This document shows positions 56,551 to 64,000 of a stretch of 64,000 nt of DNA, piece after piece. Positions within the stretch are counted from its first letter, which is position 1. Each line of letters begins with the position of its first letter. A program made the position numbers and the translations under genes. Origin of the DNA: an uncultured Bacilli bacterium. Lineage in GTDB: Bacteria > Bacillota_I > Bacilli_A > RF39 > UBA660. The DNA lies in the NCBI GenBank assembly GCA_947625505.1, contig CANQON010000004.1:23498-87497 (forward strand), read 5' to 3'. The notes under the pieces were generated by a model. It saw only the letters and a list, made by a program, of their open reading frames with translations, was not told where the DNA came from and did not search any database.

Positions 56551-57144
56551 TTATCTCCTTTTTATATATTCTTTAACTCTTTCAATAAGTAATTTACTAT
56601 TAAAACTTTTAAAATAGCCTAAAGCATTAAGTTCTAATACTTCATCATAAGTACACTTAAAAGGTTTTATTATTTCATCTTGATCTAAATGTTGACTAGT
56701 AACTTGTTCACAATCGTAAGCTAAAAATAAACTATTTAAAGCACTAGAACAACCTTCATCTTGATAAGCTTCATCAAGTAAAATCATTTTACCTGCTTGA
56801 TAACCATGTTCTTCTTTTAATTCACGGCGTGCTCCTACTTCTTTATCTTCTCCAAGTTCAATATATCCTGCTGGAAAACCTAGTTGTACTCCCTCTTTTG
56901 TAAATACCCTTGGTTCAACATTTAATAATACTTCATTATTTTTTGTTAAAGCAAATATTATCGCAGCACTTCCATCCTTTTTACCTTTAAGTAATTTTTC
57001 TCTTAAAAAAATACTACCACATTTTAAATGAATTTCATAAACTTCACTCGATATAAATCTGGGATCTATATCTTTTTTTATTCTTGTTACAACTTGTAAT
57101 TCTTTTAAATAACTATTTAGTTCTTCTAACTTTTCTCTACGCAT
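56551..57144 (-). CDS. NUDIX hydrolase (probable ADP-ribose pyrophosphatase)
   Basis: Intact Nudix box GYIELGEDKEVGARRELKEEHGY. Overlaps the pncB end by 8 nt. Confidence 0.75.
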   Translation of the reverse strand: MRREKLEELNSYLKELQVVTRIKKDIDPRFISSEVYEIHLKCGSIFLREKLLKGKKDGSAAIIFALTKNNEVLLNVEPRVFTKEGVQLGFPAGYIELGEDKEVGARRELKEEHGYQAGKMILLDEAYQDEGCSSALNSLFLAYDCEQVTSQHLDQDEIIKPFKCTYDEVLELNALGYFKSFNSKLLIERVKEYIKRR

Positions 57145-58720
57145 GATATTGTCCTATCTTTTTTTGTTTTTCTCTTACTTCATCAGTATGTTCTTTAATC
57201 ATTTGTTTTTTAAGCGCTAATAACTTTTCACTTAAGTCAACATAGTATTCATGAGGGTTTATAGCGAACTTAATTTCTGGATATAAAGTAGCAAATTCAT
57301 GATCACAATATTCTTTACTTTCTAAAGTACTAGGTACTTCATATACTTGTTTACCATTTAAGAAAATAGGTACTTGTAATTCACGGACATGGTAATCAGT
57401 GATATCTTTTCTTTTCCATTCTTCCGTTGGTGATACTAAAGTATAACCATTAGTTGGAATAACTTCATCAGCAAGGGCAACTACATCACCTAATGCATAA
57501 CCTGTCTTTACATCATAAAAGCGATATACTTTTTTATAACCTGGATTAGTTATTTTTACTTCTGAGTCACTTAGTTTAATTCTTGGAACTGCTTTACCAT
57601 TTTCTAAAACAGCTACTAATTTATATACACCATTCATACGTCCTATAGGAGCTATCGCATTATCACCTGCTCCTAAATTATCAATAGGTGCTCCCTCTCT
57701 TTTTAACTTTTCTATTTCTTTTTCTGTTAAACCATTCGTAACAAATATTTTAGTATCTGTCATTCCTGCTTCATCTAACATTCTTCGACTTTCTTTAGAT
57801 AAATATACTAAGTCACCACTATCAATTCTAATACCTTTAAAAGGATACCCATGAGGTATTAAATAATCTTTAGCTACTTTAATAGCAGCAGGTATACCAC
57901 TATATAAAGTATTATAAGTATCAACAAGCGCTATAAAATTATAAGGATTAGATTTAGCATACGCTAAAAAAGCATCATAATCATTACCATAAAATTCAAT
58001 AATAGAATGTGCCATAGTTCCAGAAGGAATTAAATCATATTCTTGGGCAGCTAAAACATTAGATGTACTACTAAATCCTCCAATAGCTGCATGTCTTGAT
58101 CCTTGAGTAACAGATACACCATGACCTCTTCTAGCTCCAAAGTCCGCAATGCTCATAGGGAAAGCTGCATTAGCCATTCTTTTCGTCGCAGTAGCAATTA
58201 AGCTACCATGATTGAAATAAGCTAACATAAGTGTTTCTAATAATTGGGCTTCAATAATATTAGCTTTTACAGTAATAACAGGTTCATTAGGGAATATTGG
58301 TGTACCATCAGGAACAGCCCAAATATCACCTGTAAATTTTAAATTTTTTAAATAAGCTAAGAACTCTTCTGTAAACTTACCTGTACTTCTTAAATAGTCA
58401 ATATCTCCATTAGTAAAATGAAGATTACGAACATAATCAATTATTTCTTTTAAACCAGAACTAATAGTGTATCCACTGCCAAATTCATGACTACGAAAGA
58501 AAACATCAAAGTAAGCTTTTGTATCCTTATCTTTTGTATCAAAAAATGTCTGAGACATGGTAAATTCATAAAAATCAACTAACATTGTTAAATTAGGCTT
58601 TTGATTTTTTAAAATAGCTTGTTTTAAATCTTCCCATGTTTTAACACTATCATCTTCTAATTCAATCATTTTTTTGACATCTTCAACACTCATAAAATCC
58701 ATTGCTTTATTTTTTTCCAT
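57137..58720 (-). CDS. pncB: nicotinate phosphoribosyltransferase
   Basis: DFYEFTMSQ, the FGARRGHG region and GIRIDSGDL motifs. Start at the ATG at 58720, behind an AGGAGTG RBS that overlaps the pncA stop. Confidence 0.9.
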   Translation of the reverse strand: MEKNKAMDFMSVEDVKKMIELEDDSVKTWEDLKQAILKNQKPNLTMLVDFYEFTMSQTFFDTKDKDTKAYFDVFFRSHEFGSGYTISSGLKEIIDYVRNLHFTNGDIDYLRSTGKFTEEFLAYLKNLKFTGDIWAVPDGTPIFPNEPVITVKANIIEAQLLETLMLAYFNHGSLIATATKRMANAAFPMSIADFGARRGHGVSVTQGSRHAAIGGFSSTSNVLAAQEYDLIPSGTMAHSIIEFYGNDYDAFLAYAKSNPYNFIALVDTYNTLYSGIPAAIKVAKDYLIPHGYPFKGIRIDSGDLVYLSKESRRMLDEAGMTDTKIFVTNGLTEKEIEKLKREGAPIDNLGAGDNAIAPIGRMNGVYKLVAVLENGKAVPRIKLSDSEVKITNPGYKKVYRFYDVKTGYALGDVVALADEVIPTNGYTLVSPTEEWKRKDITDYHVRELQVPIFLNGKQVYEVPSTLESKEYCDHEFATLYPEIKFAINPHEYYVDLSEKLLALKKQMIKEHTDEVREKQKKIGQYHA

Positions 58721-58731
58721 CTTTAACACTC

Positions 58732-59391
58732 CTATCTTTTAACCTTTTGATATCCTAAAACATTAATACCTGCTTGATTCATAAATTTAAAAGCCATATC
58801 ATTCCATTCTTGGCGATCATGTATTCCTTCTTCTATTAGTCTTCCCTCTTGATCATATAAATTAGGTTTAATTTGATATGTTTCAACAGCTTCTGTTGGT
58901 ACTATTACTTCAATATCAATATTTAATTCATCACATAATTTTTTTAAAGGAATAGCTAAATCCATAACACATATATCTGTACAACATCCTACAATTTTAA
59001 TTCTCTTTAATTTAGGATTTGTTAAAGCCTTTTTGATAAAAGGTAAGAAAGTATTTGTCTGTCCTGCCCAAATGGTACTAGTAGAATTTTTTTCAAATTC
59101 ATAACAATAAGGTAGTAAATCTCTTAATTCATCAATTAAGCTAGATTCCCATGAATCTTTTAGGCAATGTTCAGGATGTACTTTAAATTCCATAGCGCCC
59201 TTTTCATGAGCATCACGAATTACTACAACATTCTTACTTAAATTTTGAATAGCTTCTTCCATATAATTTCTTATAGTTGGTACAATGTGCATAATGTAAG
59301 GATCAGCCATAACTCCTCCTTTCATAAATCCATTAATCATATCAACAACAATAATCATTTCTTCTGTTTCATTTATATTTTTCTTTTGCAT
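58732..59391 (-). CDS. pncA: isochorismatase-family cysteine hydrolase, probable nicotinamidase
   Basis: IVVDMINGF (Asp), PEHCLKDSWES, and VGCCTDICVMD (Cys). Operon position upstream of pncB. Confidence 0.7.
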   Translation of the reverse strand: MQKKNINETEEMIIVVDMINGFMKGGVMADPYIMHIVPTIRNYMEEAIQNLSKNVVVIRDAHEKGAMEFKVHPEHCLKDSWESSLIDELRDLLPYCYEFEKNSTSTIWAGQTNTFLPFIKKALTNPKLKRIKIVGCCTDICVMDLAIPLKKLCDELNIDIEVIVPTEAVETYQIKPNLYDQEGRLIEEGIHDRQEWNDMAFKFMNQAGINVLGYQKVKR

Positions 59392-59415
59392 TTTATCCTC
59401 CTCTTATTAATATAT

Positions 59416-59426
59416 TGTTAATAACA
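59416..59426. promoter_or_regulatory. second NAD palindrome in the pncA leader
   Basis: TGTTAATAACA, centred 50 bp downstream of the cassette palindrome and about 10 nt upstream of the GAGGAGG RBS. Confidence 0.55.
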
Positions 59427-59464
59427 TAATATAAATTTTTAAGACTTATTTGTCTTGTTATTAA

Positions 59465-59505
59465 CATTATATTAAAAACATAATATATTTGTCAATATGT
59501 TTTTA
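59465..59505 (-). promoter_or_regulatory. NAD promoter-operator cassette, copy 3
   Basis: Identical 27-mer at 59465-59491. TTGACA (59505-59500)-N18-TATAAT (59481-59476), palindrome 59476-59466. Confidence 0.75.
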
Positions 59506-59561
59506 TCATTTTTTTAAAAAGATTTTAAATAATAAAAAAATAGTAATAAATTATTACTATT

Positions 59562-60068
59562 TTATTTAGAAGATCCCACTAAATAGAATTCGATATCATT
59601 AGTCACGAAACCCATTTTAATTGGACAATTAAACATTAAATTACGTGTTTCATCATTAATTAATATTTGTTGATTACCTGTTCCTAATCCTTGTTTAATA
59701 GTTACTAAATGCGAACCATAATATAACTGAAAAGTTCTCTGTTCTCCATTAGGTACAGTACCTAATAAATAATTATCAACATATACATCATAAGGTATTA
59801 AACATCCTACAAAATTATTAGGTCTAATAATTGTTAAAGTTCCAACTCCTGGAGGATTATTAAATCCTGGATTCATCATTGGTTGCCCTACTGGTTGATT
59901 TACCATCTGCTGCTGGGGTACTTGTTGATTAAATACTTGTTGTTGAGGCATCATCTGTTGACCTGGCACTTGCCCATTTACCATAGGTTGTCCTGTTAAA
60001 GGTGCTCCACAAGTTGAACATGTTGTAGCCCCTACTGAATTATTATTTCCACACATTGAACAAATCAT
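59562..60068 (-). CDS. zinc-ribbon protein with Gln/Pro-rich linker and C-terminal beta-rich domain
   Basis: CSMCG...CSTCG ribbon, a QQ/PQ low-complexity linker, and an unassigned C-terminal domain. Confidence 0.5.
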   Translation of the reverse strand: MICSMCGNNNSVGATTCSTCGAPLTGQPMVNGQVPGQQMMPQQQVFNQQVPQQQMVNQPVGQPMMNPGFNNPPGVGTLTIIRPNNFVGCLIPYDVYVDNYLLGTVPNGEQRTFQLYYGSHLVTIKQGLGTGNQQILINDETRNLMFNCPIKMGFVTNDIEFYLVGSSK

Positions 60069-60071
60069 TTC

Positions 60072-61547
60072 TTACACTCCCTTTTTATCATACTTATTAT
60101 AAAAATATTCAATTAATGGTTTAGCACTTATTTCATCAATACCCATATTATGTAGTACTTCACGGGATATATATACTCCTCCATTAACATATATATTTTT
60201 GATTAAATAATTTGTTATTTCTTTAATTTTTCCATTACGTAATATTTCATCAATATTACCTAAATCTCTTTCAATACATTTGATAAATATTCCATCATAG
60301 ATATTACCTAATAAATAAGATGGAAAATATCCAAATGATCCTTCAGACCAATGAACATCTTGCATAACACCCATACTATCATTTGAAACATCTAAACCTA
60401 AATATTCTTTCATTTTTTGATTCCATGCTTTAGGTAAATCATCAACAGCTAAATTATTATTAAAAATATCTCTTTCAATTTCATAACGAATAATAATATG
60501 TAAGCAATATGTAAGTTCATCAGCTTCTGTTCTTATATATCCTTTATGAACATTATTTAGTTGTTTAACAAAGTCATCAAAAGATAAATCTAAATGTAAA
60601 AGTTTTTTTACTTCATCATAAATAGGTATCCAAAAGTTAGGATTACGTCCTAAAATATTTTCATAAAATCGTGATTGGCTTTCGTGTAATCCATATAGGC
60701 CATCAATACAAGCATTTCTTAAATGACTAATGGTTGGATTTATATTTTGTTCAAATATACCATGGCCTCCTTCATGAATAATAGTAGAGACAAAGTCACA
60801 AGGTTTATTACCATGTTTAAAGGCAATACGAACATCATTATAACTCATTTTTTCTGTATAGCCATGAGGATATATACCTAAAGCTCCCTTATTCATATCA
60901 AAGCCAATATAATTTAATAAATATTTAGCTGTATCTAATAATTCACTACTAGATGATTCTTTAGTATATGGTTTAATACTATCTTGATATTGATTAACTA
61001 AAGGTATTAAAGCATCTTTAATCTCTTTAAATAATTTATCTATAACTTTACTTGTCATTCCTTCTTCATACTCATTTAACATACTATCATATAAATCCAT
61101 ATCAGGATATTTATAAGTATAATACTCTTTAGTCATATCAATAATTTTCTTTAAGTATGGTTTAAACATATTATAGTCATTATTCTCTTTAGCTGTTTCC
61201 CATATTGTATTAACTGTACTACATGTTTTAGCATATTCTTCATAGAAAGCACCAGGTACTTTTTTATTTATTTCATATTTATGTAATAATTCTTTAAGAT
61301 ATCGTTTTTCTAATTCGCTTATTTGATTAAATTCTTTACTATTAATAGCGTCTTTTAATAATTCTTCATACTTAGATGATGTTTCCATTTCAAAGATTTT
61401 TAATTCAACATCAGTTTTAACTTCTATTAAATATTCTTTAGTATCTAAAGGTGCATTAACTCGTAAATCCCAACTAAGTAAATTAGCTATATATTGTTCT
61501 TTAGCGATATCTTCTAAATATTTATATAACATTTCAATCTTATTCAT
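60072..61547 (-). CDS. carboxypeptidase M32 (Taq-type)
   Basis: HEGGHG zinc motif, HESQSRFYEN and DVHWS motifs. Confidence 0.9.
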   Translation of the reverse strand: MNKIEMLYKYLEDIAKEQYIANLLSWDLRVNAPLDTKEYLIEVKTDVELKIFEMETSSKYEELLKDAINSKEFNQISELEKRYLKELLHKYEINKKVPGAFYEEYAKTCSTVNTIWETAKENNDYNMFKPYLKKIIDMTKEYYTYKYPDMDLYDSMLNEYEEGMTSKVIDKLFKEIKDALIPLVNQYQDSIKPYTKESSSSELLDTAKYLLNYIGFDMNKGALGIYPHGYTEKMSYNDVRIAFKHGNKPCDFVSTIIHEGGHGIFEQNINPTISHLRNACIDGLYGLHESQSRFYENILGRNPNFWIPIYDEVKKLLHLDLSFDDFVKQLNNVHKGYIRTEADELTYCLHIIIRYEIERDIFNNNLAVDDLPKAWNQKMKEYLGLDVSNDSMGVMQDVHWSEGSFGYFPSYLLGNIYDGIFIKCIERDLGNIDEILRNGKIKEITNYLIKNIYVNGGVYISREVLHNMGIDEISAKPLIEYFYNKYDKKGV

Positions 61548-61598
61548 ATCTCACCTATTTCTACTATTCATTATAACATAAAAAAAGAAAGACTTTCA

Positions 61599-63239
61599 TT
61601 AATTATCTTTCCTTTTACATTTTTCTTTAACAGGTTCTGTTTTTTTATACTTATCATATTCTTCAATACGACTATTAGCAATTTCTTCATCAAATCCACT
61701 ACGATATCTCTTTTGAAGTTTTTCAATATTTTTATTAATTACATCTGTAAAAGACATACCTAAAACATGATTCGCTACAGCAGCTAAATGAATAAGGATT
61801 AAACTAGCATTTTGTAATACTACTTCTTTACTATCAGAACTGATTATTTGACAAGCATATAAAGGTAATTGTTTCCAATCTTTACTTATATCATAACTAG
61901 GTAACTTATTATCTAATATTGATAAAGGTATACCTGGATGAATTTTATGGCATAAAGGATCTTTTTCTTTAGCGCAAGCACCTAATACATCACTATCAAT
62001 CATCTTATGCATTTTCTTATCTGTTAGATAAGAAGCAATATCTGCAAAATTATATTGATAAAAAGTCGCTAAAGAAGCTGCTAAATACCAAGTAATATCT
62101 CCTAATTCATATACGATATTTTCTCTTAATTGTTTCTTTTTATCATCGTTTAAAGAGTGTGTTTCATACTTTTTAAAGATATCGATTAGTTCTCCTATTT
62201 CACCTATTAATCCCATTTCGCCATTAAGACGAACATGTTCACTATCTTCAAAATTATTCATCGTTCTAAGAGCATGATGTTGATAATCTTCAAAGGTTAT
62301 ACTATGATGAATCATCGCTACCATCTTTTGTCCTAAACATCCTCCTTTACATAATGTAAAGTTATGACATGTTTGACATTCAGATGAAGCTGTATCACGT
62401 AAAGAACGTACTTTTTGAAAATATTGAGAATCATAAATAGCTTTTAAACTTATATAATGAGCATTACCTGCTAAACCCATGTAATCAAAATATTTCATGG
62501 CATCACAAGGATATACATTACCATCAAAACCAACTATCATATTTTCACTAGCCGCATTACAATCGGTATGCGTAATACCTAAAATATTCCATGGACTACC
62601 TAATCTAATCTTATCAGGATATAAAGTATATTGTTCTTTTAAATAACTTTTTAAGTCTTCTAATTCTTCATTATTAAGTAATAATGATTCATCTCCTCTA
62701 CCATGAGGTATATATCTTAAGACACTAAAAGATGTTGTTGCTTCACTAGGTAATTCTAAAAACATTTTTAAAGCAGGATCTAAATCTTTTAATGTTTGAT
62801 TAGTTATAACATGATGAATACCTAGTTTTAAATTAGTATGTTCTAATACTTGAGGTAAGAATCTTTTTAATTCATCTAAAGTAATAACATTATTTCTAGT
62901 TAAAGCTACACTAGTAGAATATATTATTTCATCTAATCCTAATTTATTTAACTCATCTAATAAAGTAATTGTCTCTTCATTAGGATTACACATCGTATAC
63001 ATTTTAACATAATATCCTAGTTCTTTAGCTCTTTTAATAACATTACCTATACCAGGATAAAGAGTTGCTTCTCCTCCTGTAAAAACAACACTATTAGCAC
63101 CTAATTCACGAGCTTCCATTAATAATATATAAATAAAATTTTCATCTAAATTACGATATTCTTTTATTTTAGCATCACTAGAACAATGAATACACATACG
63201 ATAACAATTTTGTGTTACTTCTATTTTTATCTCTTTCAT
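61599..63239 (-). CDS. radical SAM / SPASM-domain enzyme fused to a C-terminal MazG-like NTP pyrophosphohydrolase domain
   Basis: CYRMCIHC (CxxxCxxC), FTGGEATL, and SPASM Cys pattern CNAAS..GNVYPCD...CQTCHNFTLCKGGCLG. Then LIGEIGELIDIFKK...ELGDITWYLA...VINKNIEKLQKRY (MazG-type). Start at the ATG at 63239, behind an AGGGGGAG RBS. Confidence 0.75.
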   Translation of the reverse strand: MKEIKIEVTQNCYRMCIHCSSDAKIKEYRNLDENFIYILLMEARELGANSVVFTGGEATLYPGIGNVIKRAKELGYYVKMYTMCNPNEETITLLDELNKLGLDEIIYSTSVALTRNNVITLDELKRFLPQVLEHTNLKLGIHHVITNQTLKDLDPALKMFLELPSEATTSFSVLRYIPHGRGDESLLLNNEELEDLKSYLKEQYTLYPDKIRLGSPWNILGITHTDCNAASENMIVGFDGNVYPCDAMKYFDYMGLAGNAHYISLKAIYDSQYFQKVRSLRDTASSECQTCHNFTLCKGGCLGQKMVAMIHHSITFEDYQHHALRTMNNFEDSEHVRLNGEMGLIGEIGELIDIFKKYETHSLNDDKKKQLRENIVYELGDITWYLAASLATFYQYNFADIASYLTDKKMHKMIDSDVLGACAKEKDPLCHKIHPGIPLSILDNKLPSYDISKDWKQLPLYACQIISSDSKEVVLQNASLILIHLAAVANHVLGMSFTDVINKNIEKLQKRYRSGFDEEIANSRIEEYDKYKKTEPVKEKCKRKDN

Positions 63240-63333
63240 AACTCCCCCTAAAACATTTTTATTGTAACACATCCTAGATAAAAGTTCCACTATTTTTAAG
63301 GGTATGATATAATGTGTTAGAAAGAAGGTTATC

Positions 63334-63873
63334 ATGATAGATATTATTATTATCATTTTTTATACTATTTTATGTTTTATCTTACCAACAATAATTTTAT
63401 TTAAACAAAAGAAATGTGAAAACAATCATAATTTAATTAATAGCGCTAAATTCTTAGGTATGACTTTAATCTTTATCTTGTTATGCTTTTTAGCGCAATA
63501 TATCTTTGATTATAATAGTTATACTATTAAAGAATGTGGTTCTTTATGTATTGAAAGAACCAATCATCCTATATTTCTTTTACTAGGTCTTACTATTCAA
63601 TTAATTAGCACTACTATATATTATTTAATGTATAAAAAGCTTTTACTTAAAACAAGTAACTTTATAAGATATATATATCCTATTATCTATTTTAGTATTA
63701 CAACTTTTTTCTTTGTATTTAGTAGTTTAATATATATATCCTTTTTTGGTCCTTTTGTTATTAAAAATATCTTTTTAAATATTTATCGTTATTTAGTCTT
63801 TTTATTTCAAGTATTAATCTATCCTCTTGATACGTATTTATATTTATTAAAAAAGAAGTTTAAGAAAAATTAA
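63334..63873 (+). CDS. hypothetical polytopic membrane protein
   Basis: 179 aa with 4-5 TM helices, an AGAAGG RBS and a TGATATAAT extended -10 upstream. Confidence 0.5.
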   Translation: MIDIIIIIFYTILCFILPTIILFKQKKCENNHNLINSAKFLGMTLIFILLCFLAQYIFDYNSYTIKECGSLCIERTNHPIFLLLGLTIQLISTTIYYLMYKKLLLKTSNFIRYIYPIIYFSITTFFFVFSSLIYISFFGPFVIKNIFLNIYRYLVFLFQVLIYPLDTYLYLLKKKFKKN

Positions 63874-64000
63874 ACTTCTTTTTTTATACCATAAGCATAT
63901 TTAAACGCTAATATTTTTTGAACTCTTTGATCTAATTCTTTTACATCTAAGCTATTATTTTGGAAAGCTTGTAATAAGTTAGTATAGTCTGTATTAATAT
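63870..64000 (-). CDS. 3' end of a CDS running in from beyond the window (possibly a glycoside hydrolase family 3 / NagZ-like C-terminus)
   Basis: Open minus-strand frame ending in TAA at 63872-63870. Reads ..INTDYTNLLQAFQNNSLDVKELDQRVQKILAFKYAYGIKKEV. Functional guess rests only on the RVxxILxxK..YG tail. Confidence 0.35.
   Translation of the reverse strand, partial: INTDYTNLLQAFQNNSLDVKELDQRVQKILAFKYAYGIKKEV

Noticed and set aside
48806-58720. Phage-type NAD reconstitution pathway (Prs-like ADPR pyrophosphokinase plus NAMPT-like transferase) as an explanation for the long prs and long pncB.
   Set aside because: The two genes are in different operons in an ordinary chromosomal context. Both keep canonical Prs and PncB motifs, and there are no phage genes nearby. 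Nothing in the sequence supports the alternative activities.
61548-63333. RiPP precursor peptide next to the radical SAM/SPASM gene.
   Set aside because: Both flanks contain only a terminator hairpin and divergent extended -10 promoters. I found no short ORF with an RBS.
6730-63356. Long N-terminal extensions in the track for dfx (7158), FNT (9959), ABC ATPase (18587), hsp20 (22581), polA (34576), histidine phosphatase (37274), nrtR1 (37992), nadK (44077), secreted protein (46743), ARH (48115), prs (49927), adhesin (54427), pncB (58729) and rSAM (63356).
   Set aside because: In each case an internal ATG is preceded by a good Shine-Dalgarno sequence and matches the conserved family N-terminus or a signal peptide. 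The extension either lacks an RBS or contains the RBS of the internal start.
63649-63676. Third partial copy of the surface-gene upstream element (AAAACAAGTAACTTT...AGATATAT) inside the 63334..63873 CDS.
   Set aside because: The spacer is 7 nt rather than 10, the distal box differs, there is no long homopolymer, and it lies inside a plus-strand coding region. It is most likely a chance AT-rich match, though the shared 15-mer is noted.
1-64000. Alternative genetic code (UGA=Trp, Mollicutes-like), considered because of the extreme AT richness.
   Set aside because: Long conserved proteins (polA, nadE, serS, the 1225-aa adhesin) are uninterrupted under the standard code. TGA also works as a sensible stop, for example for the PcfJ-like gene at 14036-14038 and trxA at 5426-5428.
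1-64000. CRISPR arrays, rRNA, tRNA, tmRNA, prophage or ICE.
   Set aside because: I saw no regularly spaced direct repeats, no GC-rich structured RNA-like islands other than the T-box leader, and no integrase, terminase, capsid or relaxase genes. The Rpn nuclease and PcfJ-like protein are isolated, without att-like repeats.

Overview
Chromosomal window from a very AT-rich, low-GC Gram-positive bacterium (Bacillota). Bile-salt hydrolase, MurT/GatD, a T-box, CIRCE and TGnTATAAT extended -10 promoters suggest a gut Erysipelotrichia/Clostridia-like organism, but that taxonomy is inference only. Standard code 11. About 76 tightly packed CDS, only about 10 of them on the plus strand. I saw no rRNA, tRNA, CRISPR array, integrase or obvious prophage. 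Housekeeping genes (polA, serS, trxA/trxB, cls, murT/gatD, htrA, hsp20, tsaC-like) are interspersed with accessory genes. The standout is a dense NAD(P) homeostasis neighbourhood at 35.6-59.5 kb: pncA-pncB-nudix-nadE, nadD-ADP-ribosylglycohydrolase-pncC, prs, nadK, two NrtR-like Nudix/wHTH regulators, an AAA_28/CYTH fusion, a histidine phosphatase and a small PRTase-like protein. Three of these operons carry an identical 27-nt promoter-operator cassette (TTGACA-N17/18-TATAAT followed by the palindrome TGTTAATAACA), and two further palindrome copies lie nearby. I read this as a lineage-specific NAD regulon with several uncharacterised members. Other candidates worth a second look: (1) a radical-SAM/SPASM enzyme fused to a MazG-like NTP pyrophosphohydrolase; (2) two surface proteins sharing a non-canonical C-terminal xPxTxDN sorting-like signal, each preceded by a conserved element ending in a T17 or T11 homopolymer, one with a heavily structured 5' leader; (3) a GatD homologue apparently lacking the glutaminase Cys/His; (4) a PcfJ-like / YjbR-EVE operon next to an ASCH gene; (5) a block of three orphan genes. 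All functional calls come from recognising motifs and families by eye. No database search or computation was run.
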